Assembly (NCBI GenBank): GCA_963819815.1
Contig: CAWFXL010000001.1
Span: 1,540,642-1,604,641, forward strand
DNA from: an uncultured bacterium
GTDB taxonomy: Bacteria > Babelota > Babeliae > Babelales > Babelaceae
Direction of reading: 5' to 3'
DNA: 64,000 bases
Below, in pieces: positions 30,194 through 39,864 of this stretch. Numbering within the stretch: position 1 is the stretch's first letter; each line of letters opens with the position of its first letter. Below the pieces are notes generated by a model. It was given only the letters and a program-made list of their open reading frames with translations. It had not been told where the DNA came from and ran no database searches. The position numbers and the translations under genes are program-made.

Positions 30194-31414
30194 TCAAAAG
30201 CACCAGTTCACATCAAGGCCTAGATAACCACCGCCTGTGTTTATATTAAAAACTCGAAGCCCCGTCATCTCTACATCATAAAATACGCCAATACGTGCGC
30301 CCGTTTTAGAATTGCAGCGTGTGAGATCATACTCAAATAAGAAATGCACTATGCTCCGCGCCCATTTTTGGAAGCGCTGGTCATTATTTACATGCTCGAG
30401 ATTAAAGTGTGCGCTGTCGCATGGCTCTACGCAATCTGCATTCTTTTGCTCGTAGCTAAAGCCTAACAGAAGTGACATGCCATTGTAAAAGTGATCTGCT
30501 TTTACATAGGTACCCATGCGCCACACCGTACCATACCGCACATCTGCCATGCCTTTACCGAGTACTATAAGACCGGTAGCCGCCTCTTTTTCAGTTCTCA
30601 TGCGGAGATATTCCATTTTCTTAATGAAGAAAAGGGCATCGGCATGATACCCAAACGTAAGCCAATCATAGGCGCCCACTGAGATGTCAAAAGAGAGCGG
30701 GATAGCCCAGTGCCCATTATATCCATAAGGAATTGAAAATAGTTCGCCGGACTTAGCCTTTTTTCCTGTGGGGAACAGGACACCTGTTTTAATGGTGGTA
30801 TCAATAAAGTCCAAATAGCAGGTGTCATCATAACTATAACTCCATCCTAAAAAGAGTGTAGAGTCAGATGCCGCAGCGCCATCAGTACGTTTGAGTGAAA
30901 GGTCAAATTCGTGCAAAAAAGGTGCAAGAAGACTGACGGGTTGTTCCCAGGCAGGTGTATAGTGCTTACAGGGACTCCCATTGGGTGAGTTGGTACTCAC
31001 AAATCCCGAGGGGAAAACTCTCAGGATCACCATAGGAAAATGAAAATGGCCAAAAAATCCCTGGGTAAAGTTTTGGTACAGATTAAAGTCAGCTTCAAAT
31101 ACATCTGCGACCGCCTTAAACTCTATTCTTTGGGGATCACCAGGAAGAATGAGGGGCTTTCCGCTTGCTTCTGAGAGAGCCATAATATTTTCTGAGCCAT
31201 ATAGTGATGTTAGATTGCAGCGGCGCCCGTCGCAATTTCTTCCTCTATGATTGGAACCTCCGAGCAGCTGTATATCAAGTGTAGAGAGCCATGATTTGAC
31301 AAAGCGTGGCTCATCCCAAAAGGAGGAAGTTCTGTAGAAGAAACTCCTGTTAAAGCTTTCCATGGTGCCTGTGAGTGAAAGCAGACCTATGAGAACGTAG
31401 GTATATCTATGCAT
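30194..31414 (-). CDS. Putative outer-membrane beta-barrel protein (same family as 58374/60330/62911)
   Basis: Signal peptide, motif GVLFPTGKK...PYGYNGH shared with the paralogues, and alternating C-terminal strand ending in Phe (LGLDVNWCF). Confidence 0.65.
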   Translation of the reverse strand: MHRYTYVLIGLLSLTGTMESFNRSFFYRTSSFWDEPRFVKSWLSTLDIQLLGGSNHRGRNCDGRRCNLTSLYGSENIMALSEASGKPLILPGDPQRIEFKAVADVFEADFNLYQNFTQGFFGHFHFPMVILRVFPSGFVSTNSPNGSPCKHYTPAWEQPVSLLAPFLHEFDLSLKRTDGAAASDSTLFLGWSYSYDDTCYLDFIDTTIKTGVLFPTGKKAKSGELFSIPYGYNGHWAIPLSFDISVGAYDWLTFGYHADALFFIKKMEYLRMRTEKEAATGLIVLGKGMADVRYGTVWRMGTYVKADHFYNGMSLLLGFSYEQKNADCVEPCDSAHFNLEHVNNDQRFQKWARSIVHFLFEYDLTRCNSKTGARIGVFYDVEMTGLRVFNINTGGGYLGLDVNWCF

Positions 31415-31602
31415 TCGCTTTCCTTAAATGAGCTCAAAATTCTTTATAAAGCATGTATAGATATATATGATTTTGAGAAAAAATGAAGAAAACCCTACTA
31501 AGGAGCTTCTTAAAAAGGGGATGTTTTTCCTAATAAAATCCTGAATGGCAGAATGTTTTAGGAGTTCTGAAGAGATCGGAAAATCATTAACGTCTCTTTT
31601 AG

Positions 31603-32187
31603 TTAATCACTTTCATAATCATCTATGGTTTCATCATAGATTAAAGGAATACGACCATCAAGTTCATTGGGAGTAAATACGTCACCTTGGCTTCGCTCCA
31701 TCAGCTGGTTGGCGATACTATTAGGCTGGTAAGTAATTGATTCATCATAAAATTCACGTATCGCATCACGGATATCTTGGGGAAGACCAACCATAAAGTT
31801 AATGTCGTGACTGATGTACTTGCCAAGGACATACAGCAGATGAGGATCACTGGGGTTTGCAGCCACTACCCACAGCGAATCGCTCCCTTCATCCCGATAA
31901 TACGGTATGAAAAGATGGCGCAACATTATACCGCTTGGAATAAGTCGAAGGAATTGATGATCAAAAAAAGCACCGGTTACATCGAGCTGAGGTACTCCAT
32001 AATATTGTGAGAGGGCTTCAAGAAGATCCTCACGGTCTATGATGCCTGTCTCAAGCAAGAAATCTTCAAATGCAACATCACTTCGGGTATGGAACTCTCT
32101 TTCAAGATTGACCATATCGGCCGGTGTTATGAGCCTGCGGTTTGTAAGAATGGCACTGAGCCCTTCAACAAAATCTTTTTGATCCAT
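31603..32187 (-). CDS. Stand-alone GspE/PilB N-terminal (T2SSE_N/MshEN-like) domain protein
   Basis: FLLETGIIDREDLLEALSQYYGVP..D...LRLIP......FIPY....LWVVAANPSD pattern. No ATPase domain. Confidence 0.75.
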   Translation of the reverse strand: MDQKDFVEGLSAILTNRRLITPADMVNLEREFHTRSDVAFEDFLLETGIIDREDLLEALSQYYGVPQLDVTGAFFDHQFLRLIPSGIMLRHLFIPYYRDEGSDSLWVVAANPSDPHLLYVLGKYISHDINFMVGLPQDIRDAIREFYDESITYQPNSIANQLMERSQGDVFTPNELDGRIPLIYDETIDDYESD

Positions 32188-32393
32188 GTACATCCTCTCA
32201 TTCTTATATCTTTCTATAGTTTCAGCATACTTAAATTTTCGCAGAAAAATCAAGAGTTTGGCGGCATTGTTTTTCAGACTGAATATAAAGGTCCTCTAGC
32301 TGTGGAGTTTTCTCAATTTGCAAATTGGTGCTATACTTATCATCTAGATAAGTCGTTATAAGCTCTGTCTGAGCGTCATGAGTAAGGGTTTCT

Positions 32394-32912
32394 ATGGAAG
32401 ATACTGAAAATAAAGGTCCGCAGGAGAACGTTTCTTCTCAAGATCAACAAAATGGCGATACTACTTTAGTAGCTTGTCGTGCAGAGCTTCTTGAGATGAA
32501 AAACAGATACCTCTATCTTACTGCTGAGTTTGATAATTATAAAAAACGATCCAGTAAAGAACAAGCATCATTAATAGAAATGGCACAGGATCGAGTAATC
32601 ATTGATTTTCTATCAATAGTAGATGATCTTGGACGTGCTTTTGAAGAACTCAAACTTCAGCAGCTTCCTCAAGATGTGGCGACGCATTTTCAAGGCATTT
32701 CGATGATTGTAAAAAACCTTGATGCCCTCCTTAAAAAATATGAGATAGAAGAGATCTCTCATAAAGGGACTTTTGACCCTCAGTTCTTCGAAGCAGTTAT
32801 GCAGCAAGAGTCGCCGGATCATGCTTCGGGTGAGATACTTGCGATTCTTCAGAAAGGATACATGAGGAAAGGCCGCGTACTTCGACCAGCAAAAGTCGCG
32901 GTGGCTTTGTAG
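32394..32912 (+). CDS. grpE: Nucleotide exchange factor GrpE
   Basis: AEFDNYKKR, FDPQFFEAV, QKGY..KGRVLRPAKVAV. Confidence 0.96.
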   Translation: MEDTENKGPQENVSSQDQQNGDTTLVACRAELLEMKNRYLYLTAEFDNYKKRSSKEQASLIEMAQDRVIIDFLSIVDDLGRAFEELKLQQLPQDVATHFQGISMIVKNLDALLKKYEIEEISHKGTFDPQFFEAVMQQESPDHASGEILAILQKGYMRKGRVLRPAKVAVAL

Positions 32913-33033
32913 GTACACCTATAAATTCCATAAGAAATAATATAAATTTTATTACTTATATTGATTTTCTACCTGAAAATATGATAAGGTAAAGGTAAGA
33001 CTATACCTAACTTTATCAACAGGAGAAAAGACT

Positions 33034-33495
33034 ATGAAACATCTCGTAACCGCACTTACAGCAGGTCTTGCCTTAGGGCTCGGTTCATCTGCTTTTGGCG
33101 TGCAAACACATGCAGAACTCATCAAACATAGAGAAGAAGCAGTCCGTGATTGGAAAAGAACTCTCGAATACTTAAAAAAAGGTGGTATGAAAGAGGATGA
33201 TCCAGCCTATAAACGGGTTCACAAGGCTTTTGCATGGAACGAAAGTAATCTTAAGACCCTTCGCTCTGGTAAAGGTAAAACAGGCAAGATAGCCGCTACA
33301 GCTGCAGGGGCAGGTGCCCTTAGTAAACTTGGTGGTCTATTTGGTGGTAGGACTCAAGAAACTGCCAAAGCAAAACCAACAGAGGCAGCAGCTCCGAAAA
33401 GCGCTACCATGGCTAAGAAGAGTCGTCATGTAGAACATAAAAGAAAGGCGAAGAAAGCTCTTCCTCGTCAGCACGTAAAAAAAGCAAAAAAATAA
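33034..33495 (+). CDS. Exported Lys/Ala-rich basic hypothetical protein
   Basis: AGGAG RBS, signal peptide and a strongly basic tail. Confidence 0.75.
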   Translation: MKHLVTALTAGLALGLGSSAFGVQTHAELIKHREEAVRDWKRTLEYLKKGGMKEDDPAYKRVHKAFAWNESNLKTLRSGKGKTGKIAATAAGAGALSKLGGLFGGRTQETAKAKPTEAAAPKSATMAKKSRHVEHKRKAKKALPRQHVKKAKK

Positions 33496-33531
33496 GGTGA
33501 AGAACCTTTAGAAGCGTTTTTTTATACACCT

Positions 33532-33565
33532 AAGGGCCCATGAACATCATGTTCATGGGTCTTTC
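33532..33565 (+). terminator. Intrinsic terminator
   Basis: CCCATGAACAT-C-ATGTTCATGGG stem followed by TCTTTCT. Confidence 0.65.
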
Positions 33566-33778
33566 TATTTGTAGGTGTGCTTTTCTCAGTAGGTATTCTT
33601 TTTTGCCTGTCAGTAGCAACCCATGTCTTAACAGCTTAACGCCCGTAACGGGCCTATCTCGGCTGCTATGAAGTCCAACGTACAATTAAGTGTCAGATGA
33701 AGAAATCTCTTGTTAGGGACGACGTATGGCAGCATTTTGGTGAGGTGAAAGGGGGGAGGTTAATGCTAGGGCGCAAAA

Positions 33779-33808
33779 AAGGCATGAAGAGAAGTCTCTT
33801 CATGCCTT
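33779..33808 (-). terminator. Intrinsic terminator
   Basis: AAGGCATGAAGA...TCTTCATGCCTT stem with a T-tract on the minus strand. Confidence 0.7.
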
Positions 33809-33824
33809 ACTGAGGTTTAATGGC

Positions 33825-34814
33825 TTATGCTGCCGACGTCTCTTCTTCAGGTCGGTTTGCCCGTGCTACTTTTTTAAACGCGGCACTCTGTGCTAATGAC
33901 GCTGCTACAGATGATCCTTGAGGTTTCTTTTGAGCAACGTTCTGTTCTCCTACAGGACGCAAAGTTTTACCTGCTCGAATTGAAGCCAGTAGATCGGAGC
34001 GACCTTCTTGAGGTGCTGGCGTCTCTTCTTCTACTACGATCTTTGGAGCTGGAGGTTTTACGGCAGGTTGTTTTGAAGGCATCGGTGGGGGTACGGGTAT
34101 AGATGTTTTTTGAGCCGGTTGTGCAGCTGCTATAGGTTTTGCAGGGGGTACCGCTGGTACGGGCCTTGCAACGGGTGCTGGGGGCGTAGCAGCTTTTTTA
34201 GGCGCTGGTTGTGCAGCCGGTGCAGGTTTTGCAACAGGTGCTGGAGGTGCCTTTACCGTAATAGCTAATGCAGTGACAGTTCTTGCATTTCTTAATGTAC
34301 TTAAACCGGTATCAGTTTTATCCAATTTCCCTTTAGCGGGACCTGTTTGTGGTCGCAGTATGCCACCTGGGTCAGCAGTGAGGTATCCCGTTTCATCAGC
34401 ATTTAATTTGTAAAGCTTTGTTGGGGTAGTTTCTGTTGAAGCAGGTTCGCTTGTCCATACGAAAATTTCGTAGGGCTTGTCGATAGGTGCTTCAAATGGT
34501 TGAGTTTTTCCAGCTGCCACTTTGGTAATCTCTTTATTATCCTGTGTATAGAAAGACTCATCAGTTTTAATGGCTACCCAAATATCGTTGCCTTTATTCT
34601 TGATTTCGATACTTACAGGAGTAAATTGTTTATCGCCTTTTGCAGCGCCTGGTTTGTATACTTTTGCAGATTCAGTAAGAGTTTTAGCTTGCGTAGCTAG
34701 ATCCTTAGCCTTTAGAGCGGTGTCTTTTACCTGTTTAAATAGATCTCCGATGCCGGCCTGGGCTGATGAGATAGATAGTGCAGCTCCAGCGAGCAGCAAT
34801 ATTAATTTATTCAT
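33825..34814 (-). CDS. Exported proline-rich protein with WH2 actin-binding motif
   Basis: Signal peptide, globular N-domain, Pro/Ala-rich linker and GRSDLLASIRAGKTLRPV. Confidence 0.8.
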   Translation of the reverse strand: MNKLILLLAGAALSISSAQAGIGDLFKQVKDTALKAKDLATQAKTLTESAKVYKPGAAKGDKQFTPVSIEIKNKGNDIWVAIKTDESFYTQDNKEITKVAAGKTQPFEAPIDKPYEIFVWTSEPASTETTPTKLYKLNADETGYLTADPGGILRPQTGPAKGKLDKTDTGLSTLRNARTVTALAITVKAPPAPVAKPAPAAQPAPKKAATPPAPVARPVPAVPPAKPIAAAQPAQKTSIPVPPPMPSKQPAVKPPAPKIVVEEETPAPQEGRSDLLASIRAGKTLRPVGEQNVAQKKPQGSSVAASLAQSAAFKKVARANRPEEETSAA

Positions 34815-34958
34815 AAGAACTCCTTTGAGAGTTTAGTGGATAGTATTACATTCTAGTAATATTATTGCATATTTGAAAACTTTAAGTCAATGATTTTTAA
34901 CATTGTTTTCAATTGGTGTTTGGGTCGGGAGGGGATGGTAGGAATGGAAGAAGATAAA

Positions 34959-35376
34959 CTATTTGGGGTTCAGGCAGGCAGTTAGTGGCCGTAATGCTTC
35001 ACCTGAATTCGCGGTAAGGTATGTAGTTTGTTTGTATGAAGCCTTTAATGCTTCCTTGAAACGGCTTGTCCATATAAGCATTTCATAGGCCTTGTCGATA
35101 GGTGCTGCAAATGGTCGAGTGTTTCAAGGGTAGCAAGCTGTTAATAGAAAGACCATTCGATTAACAGTTACCCAAATAGCTCCACCGTTATTTTTTAGTT
35201 CGGGAGGAGTGTTGACGCTCTTTTTGAATATCAGCCTTGTGTGCTTTTGAAGGGATTACAAGATTTTTTACCTTCTTAGGAGCTTTTTTAACTTTCCTAA
35301 ATGCGTCGCTAATGCCTGCTTGGGCGGATTGGATGGATAATGCAGTAACCATAAACAGTAATACTAAATGTTTCAT
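34959..35376 (-). pseudogene. Frameshifted, truncated paralogue of 33825..34814
   Basis: Signal ALSIQSAQAGI matches ALSISSAQAGI. After a frameshift it reads ELKNNGGAIWV, an in-frame TGA, then TRPFAAPIDKAYEMLIWTS and YLTANSGEALRP, matching EIKNKGNDIWV, TQPFEAPIDKPYEIFVWTS and YLTADPGGILRP. Confidence 0.85.
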
Positions 35377-35513
35377 GAGAACTCCTTTTTTATAGTGTGA
35401 GTTGAGGTCAGGATTTCTTGGCACCTCTTGGGCCCAAGACCACAACTACAAGTATTGCACACTCAAAAACTTTGAGTCAATGGTCTTCATCGCTATTTCT
35501 CAATTAAGGCTCT

Positions 35514-36512
35514 CTACTTTGCAGGTACTACAGTAGGCGCACAATTGCAATATTTGGTGAAGATGTAGTTTGCAATACTATTACTATTAATGGTAGGGGT
35601 GCTCATACATCCTGATGGTGTCAAACCTGAAACAGGGGTAAGCCCTTGCGGCACCTTAAATTTTTGTTGGAGTGCTAGCAAGGTCCCATCTGCAACCATA
35701 TCCGTAATGGCTTGCTGAATATTTGCATAGAGCTGACAGCTGCCTGAAGGGATGGCAATACCAAGTCCCTGAGTAGGATCAGCACCCGCAGTATTCACCG
35801 CATTATTTACTACCACCAAGCCTGATGTACCAGCGACCCCTGCTAGCGGCTCTCCAGCTTGTAACGCTGAAGCAGAAGCACTATTTACAAGTAAGGCACC
35901 AATGTCGAAATGATTTATAAGTGCAAAAAGTGCATCCTCTAAATTAGTTTGTATAACTTTACCCACCTCCAAACTAGGAAAGCCGGCAAGAACGGCATTT
36001 TCATGCGATCCTGGGATTACCCCAACATTTGCAGAAATATCATTCAGTTGACTTAAAATTGTGGCCCGATTGGGATTATCAAGCAAAGGGTCGTTGCTTA
36101 AAAGCACAACACCAAGCTGATCTTCGGAGTATTTAACAAAGGAAACACTGCCTGCAGGTACATCAACTGTAGCTGAAGGAGCTATAGACATCGCAGAAAT
36201 CACAATATCGATCGGGCTGTTTGGCTCAATAAGCGTTGTCAGTAAACTTGTAAAGGGCACTTCTACAAAGCTCACCCCATTGAACCCAAGGCGATGTGCT
36301 ATTTCGCAAGCAACGGCACCATCGTATCCAATAATTAGGCCCTTGTTATTGGTTTCATAAGGAACATTCCCTATAGTTCCATTAAAATCTGAACCGACCA
36401 TAAGTAGCTGGTTACGATTCGCACCACCATTAGATGGTCCTGTTGTATGCACAAGTGTAATGATTCCCAGTGCAGCGAGCACACTGAGCAGGCGTATGGT
36501 TAATTTATTCAT
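35514..36512 (-). CDS. Amino-acid-type solute-binding (SBP_bac_3-like) protein with KYCxC tail
   Basis: LIIGYDGAVACEIAHRLG, VPFTSLLTTL, IDIVISAMSI, IQQAITDMVADGT...KF. C-terminus NSIANYIFTKYCNC. Confidence 0.8.
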   Translation of the reverse strand: MNKLTIRLLSVLAALGIITLVHTTGPSNGGANRNQLLMVGSDFNGTIGNVPYETNNKGLIIGYDGAVACEIAHRLGFNGVSFVEVPFTSLLTTLIEPNSPIDIVISAMSIAPSATVDVPAGSVSFVKYSEDQLGVVLLSNDPLLDNPNRATILSQLNDISANVGVIPGSHENAVLAGFPSLEVGKVIQTNLEDALFALINHFDIGALLVNSASASALQAGEPLAGVAGTSGLVVVNNAVNTAGADPTQGLGIAIPSGSCQLYANIQQAITDMVADGTLLALQQKFKVPQGLTPVSGLTPSGCMSTPTINSNSIANYIFTKYCNCAPTVVPAK

Positions 36513-36956
36513 AAGAAAAACTTCTCCCTTAGTTGATTTGTAGTTAGCTCTTGTCCATCCCGACCTATTGGGGATAGCACGTTAGCTTATTTTCAACATT
36601 CATTGTAGAGCCAATATACTCTTGCCCTTTCTAGGGATATAGCCTCTCTACAACGCTTTCAAGTTCATGTGAGCTGAATTCCTCAGGAGCTTACCATGTC
36701 TTGCAAGCTGTATTCAAGATTTTTGTTTTTTATCCATGACACTCTAGGGAATTTAGCTCCGCTATCAACTTCTTACGAGCTTTGGTGCTATCGCTTTATA
36801 GAGAAGAGATGTTTTTCTTCTTAATATGATATCGGTATGAGCCTGTAACGGCATTACCTCGCGCTCTCTAGAATTAGCAAGAATTGAGACATACTTCCAG
36901 CCTGACATAACGCAGCAGAACAAAAATTCCTCAGCTCGAAAGTTAACTTAAAAACT

Positions 36957-38036
36957 TCACTTCAGCTTTACTACATAATTGAGTATTCCGATTACCGTTT
37001 CTATGAAAATAAGAAGGATAATAAGTACTGAGAGCAGATCTTGGCGTACCATGTTTACCTTATCTTCATACACGGATCGCAAATCAAAAATAATGTCTAA
37101 CTTGCGGTTGATGGCCGCTTGCCAGGTTTTGATATCAAACTGCTCAACAAGATGCTCATAAATAGCTCCATAATATTCTTCACCCGACAGCTTAATAGTA
37201 TTTTCAAGCCTCTCGGTGATGACTGAAATGTCCACTTTCAGTTTACCTAGGGCAGCTATGGGGTCATCCGCAACGCCACTCATGAATGGCAAGAACGAAA
37301 GTAGGGGAACTTTTTCAATGCCCCGTTCATACACGACAATAAGCTGTTGTGAAAGAAGGCGATCAAAGTATTGGAGCTCAAGATGCTGCATATTAGCAAA
37401 CTCAAAGAGATCAAGAATTTCTTCGTAATCTTCGTCATAGATGAACGTAGAATAGGTATCGATTACCAGTAAGTTCCCGCGGTAATATCCTACTGTTGAA
37501 GCGAGAATCTCATTTTTCTGATACTCAGAAAGAGCATCGGTTTCAAATCGGACAATGGATGCTATTGCCCCACCAAAGTCTTCCTTTAATTTTTCAGTAC
37601 CGATATCGGGTAAAGGATTTACCTGAATAAGGACATAGGATTTTCGCAGTTGGAAGAACTTAGGCTGTTTGACTTGGGATTTAATTTTATTATAGATCGC
37701 TCCTGCATCGATAACACTCTGCTCACTAAATTCATCATCGATCTCATCGATCTCCTGCTTAAGCTCATCAAGCGTTTGCGAAAAGGGAATCTTATAGGTG
37801 AGTGTTATCACACCAAAGGCATGAATTTTTACACTCATGATCCGTGAACTAGAATGGGGGTGTGGTAGCTCTACTTCCAAGGGTGTATGGTAGCTCTTAA
37901 AATATTTAGCGAGCTGCAGAGGTCTACGCAAAAGAAGTTGCTTCTCTTTTATTGCTTCAAGGTTAATATCATCACCAATATCATAGGCATGGAAGATGAT
38001 AATATTTCCGGTAAAGATCTGTTTTTCAGCGGTCAT
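36957..38036 (-). CDS. Conserved hypothetical protein with C-terminal TM helix (RMD1/DUF155-like)
   Basis: Long ORF directly downstream of lepA with C-terminal LLSVLIILLIFIE helix. The family assignment is tentative. Confidence 0.6.
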   Translation of the reverse strand: MTAEKQIFTGNIIIFHAYDIGDDINLEAIKEKQLLLRRPLQLAKYFKSYHTPLEVELPHPHSSSRIMSVKIHAFGVITLTYKIPFSQTLDELKQEIDEIDDEFSEQSVIDAGAIYNKIKSQVKQPKFFQLRKSYVLIQVNPLPDIGTEKLKEDFGGAIASIVRFETDALSEYQKNEILASTVGYYRGNLLVIDTYSTFIYDEDYEEILDLFEFANMQHLELQYFDRLLSQQLIVVYERGIEKVPLLSFLPFMSGVADDPIAALGKLKVDISVITERLENTIKLSGEEYYGAIYEHLVEQFDIKTWQAAINRKLDIIFDLRSVYEDKVNMVRQDLLSVLIILLIFIETVIGILNYVVKLK

Positions 38037-38040
38037 CGGT

Positions 38041-39864
38041 TTAATCTTCTTTTTTAAGGATGGTTAAGAATGCTTCATGGGGTACTTCAACATTTCCTAC
38101 TTGCTTCATTTTCTTTTTCCCTTCTTTCTGCTTCTCTAAGAGTTTTCTTTTACGGGTAATATCGCCCCCATAGCATTTAGCGGTAACTTGCTTGCGCAAT
38201 GCAGAGATATTTTCACGCGCGACGACCTTGGCACCAATAGCTGCTTGGATAGCAATTTCAAAGAGCTGACGGGGGATAACTTTGCGGAGCCTCTCGCAGA
38301 GGTCTCTTCCCACCGTTTGAGCATTACTTCTATGTACAATTATGGAGAAGGCATCAACCGGTTTTCCGTTAAGCATGATATCCATTTTAACCAGATCTCC
38401 CTCTTGGTAACCGGCTTCTTCATAGTCTAAGCTTGCGTAGCCGGAGCTTAACGACTTGAGTTGATCATAAAAATCGGTAGCGACCTCATTTAAAGGGAGC
38501 CGATATTTCAAAATAAGCCGGTCTTCAGAAAGGTATTTAAGATCAGTTTGAATTCCCCGCTTATCTTGGCACAGTTTGATAATAGCTCCCAGATACTTAG
38601 AGGGCATAAGAATCGTTGCATCGATGATTGGCTCATAGATTACGTCTATACGTTGTGGCTCAGGAAATTCTGAAGGACTTTCTACATCGATCATCTCATC
38701 TGAGGTAAGCTTTACTTTATAGAGCACGCTTGGTGCGGTAGCAATTACGGTCATGCCATATTCTTGCTCAAGACGCTGCTTAAAGACGTCCATATGAAGG
38801 AGTCCTAAGAATCCACAACGGAAACCAAGGCCTAAAGCAACTGAGCTTTTCTTTTCAACTTTGACACTCGCATCATTGAGAGTGAGCTTTTCAATAGCGG
38901 TTTTAAGCATTTCAAACTCTTCAGCATCAACAGGATAGATACCCGCAAAGACCATAGGTTTTGCTGGCTTAAATCCTGGAAAGGGCACAACTTTTTTCCG
39001 TTGATGAAAAAGTGTATCTCCTACGCGCGCTTCATGTACGGTTTTCATACCGCATACTACATAGCCTACTTGCCCTGCATACAGCGTATTAAAGGGAGTT
39101 TCTGATGGGTACATAAGACCAAGTTCAAGCACTTCATAGGTATTACCCGTTTGTGCCAGACTAATAGTATCTCCTTTTGAGAGTTGACCATTTTTGAGTG
39201 CAATTAAGCAGATAACCCCTTTGTAAGGATCAAACCATGAGTCGAATAATAACGCTTTCAGAGGTTCTATACGATCTCCTACCGGTGCTGGGATTTTTTC
39301 AATAATCGACTGCAAGATAAGATCGATACCGATCCCCGTTTTTGCTGAGGCATGAATGAGCTGAGCAGGATCAAAATCAAATAACTGCTTCATTTCTTTT
39401 CCTACTCGCTCAGGATCAGCATTTGTCATATCTATTTTGTTGAGAATACCAACGATAGCAAGATCCTGTTCAAAGGCTAAATAAAAGTTTGCCATGGTCT
39501 GTGCTTGTACCCCTTGAGCAGCATCAACTAAGAGCAATGCTCCTTGGCAAGCATAGAGTGAGCGGGATACTTCATAGCTAAAGTCAACGTGACCAGGAGT
39601 ATCGATAAGGTTGAGTAGGTATTCTTCGCCTTTGTACTCGTAGATCATAGAAGCTGTCTGGGCTTTTACGGTGATACCACGTTCTTTTTCGACCTGAAGT
39701 TTATCAAGAAACTGCTCATGCTTTTGGCGTGTAGAAAGAGTGCCCGTGACTTCTAAAAGCCGGTCTGCAAGCGTAGACTTGCCATGGTCGATGTGAGCAA
39801 TAATCGAAAAATTACGAATCTTATCGGGTGTAAACTTCTGTAAATCAATTTTTAGAGGATCCAT
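38041..39864 (-). CDS. lepA: Elongation factor 4 (LepA)
   Basis: IRNFSIIAHIDHGKSTLADR, DTPGHVDF, GFLGLLHM, KCYGGDITRKRKLL. Confidence 0.98.
   Translation of the reverse strand: MDPLKIDLQKFTPDKIRNFSIIAHIDHGKSTLADRLLEVTGTLSTRQKHEQFLDKLQVEKERGITVKAQTASMIYEYKGEEYLLNLIDTPGHVDFSYEVSRSLYACQGALLLVDAAQGVQAQTMANFYLAFEQDLAIVGILNKIDMTNADPERVGKEMKQLFDFDPAQLIHASAKTGIGIDLILQSIIEKIPAPVGDRIEPLKALLFDSWFDPYKGVICLIALKNGQLSKGDTISLAQTGNTYEVLELGLMYPSETPFNTLYAGQVGYVVCGMKTVHEARVGDTLFHQRKKVVPFPGFKPAKPMVFAGIYPVDAEEFEMLKTAIEKLTLNDASVKVEKKSSVALGLGFRCGFLGLLHMDVFKQRLEQEYGMTVIATAPSVLYKVKLTSDEMIDVESPSEFPEPQRIDVIYEPIIDATILMPSKYLGAIIKLCQDKRGIQTDLKYLSEDRLILKYRLPLNEVATDFYDQLKSLSSGYASLDYEEAGYQEGDLVKMDIMLNGKPVDAFSIIVHRSNAQTVGRDLCERLRKVIPRQLFEIAIQAAIGAKVVARENISALRKQVTAKCYGGDITRKRKLLEKQKEGKKKMKQVGNVEVPHEAFLTILKKED

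Noticed and set aside
35188..35445. 85-aa ORF as an intact gene
   Set aside because: It is the 5' fragment of the frameshifted pseudogene 34959..35376.
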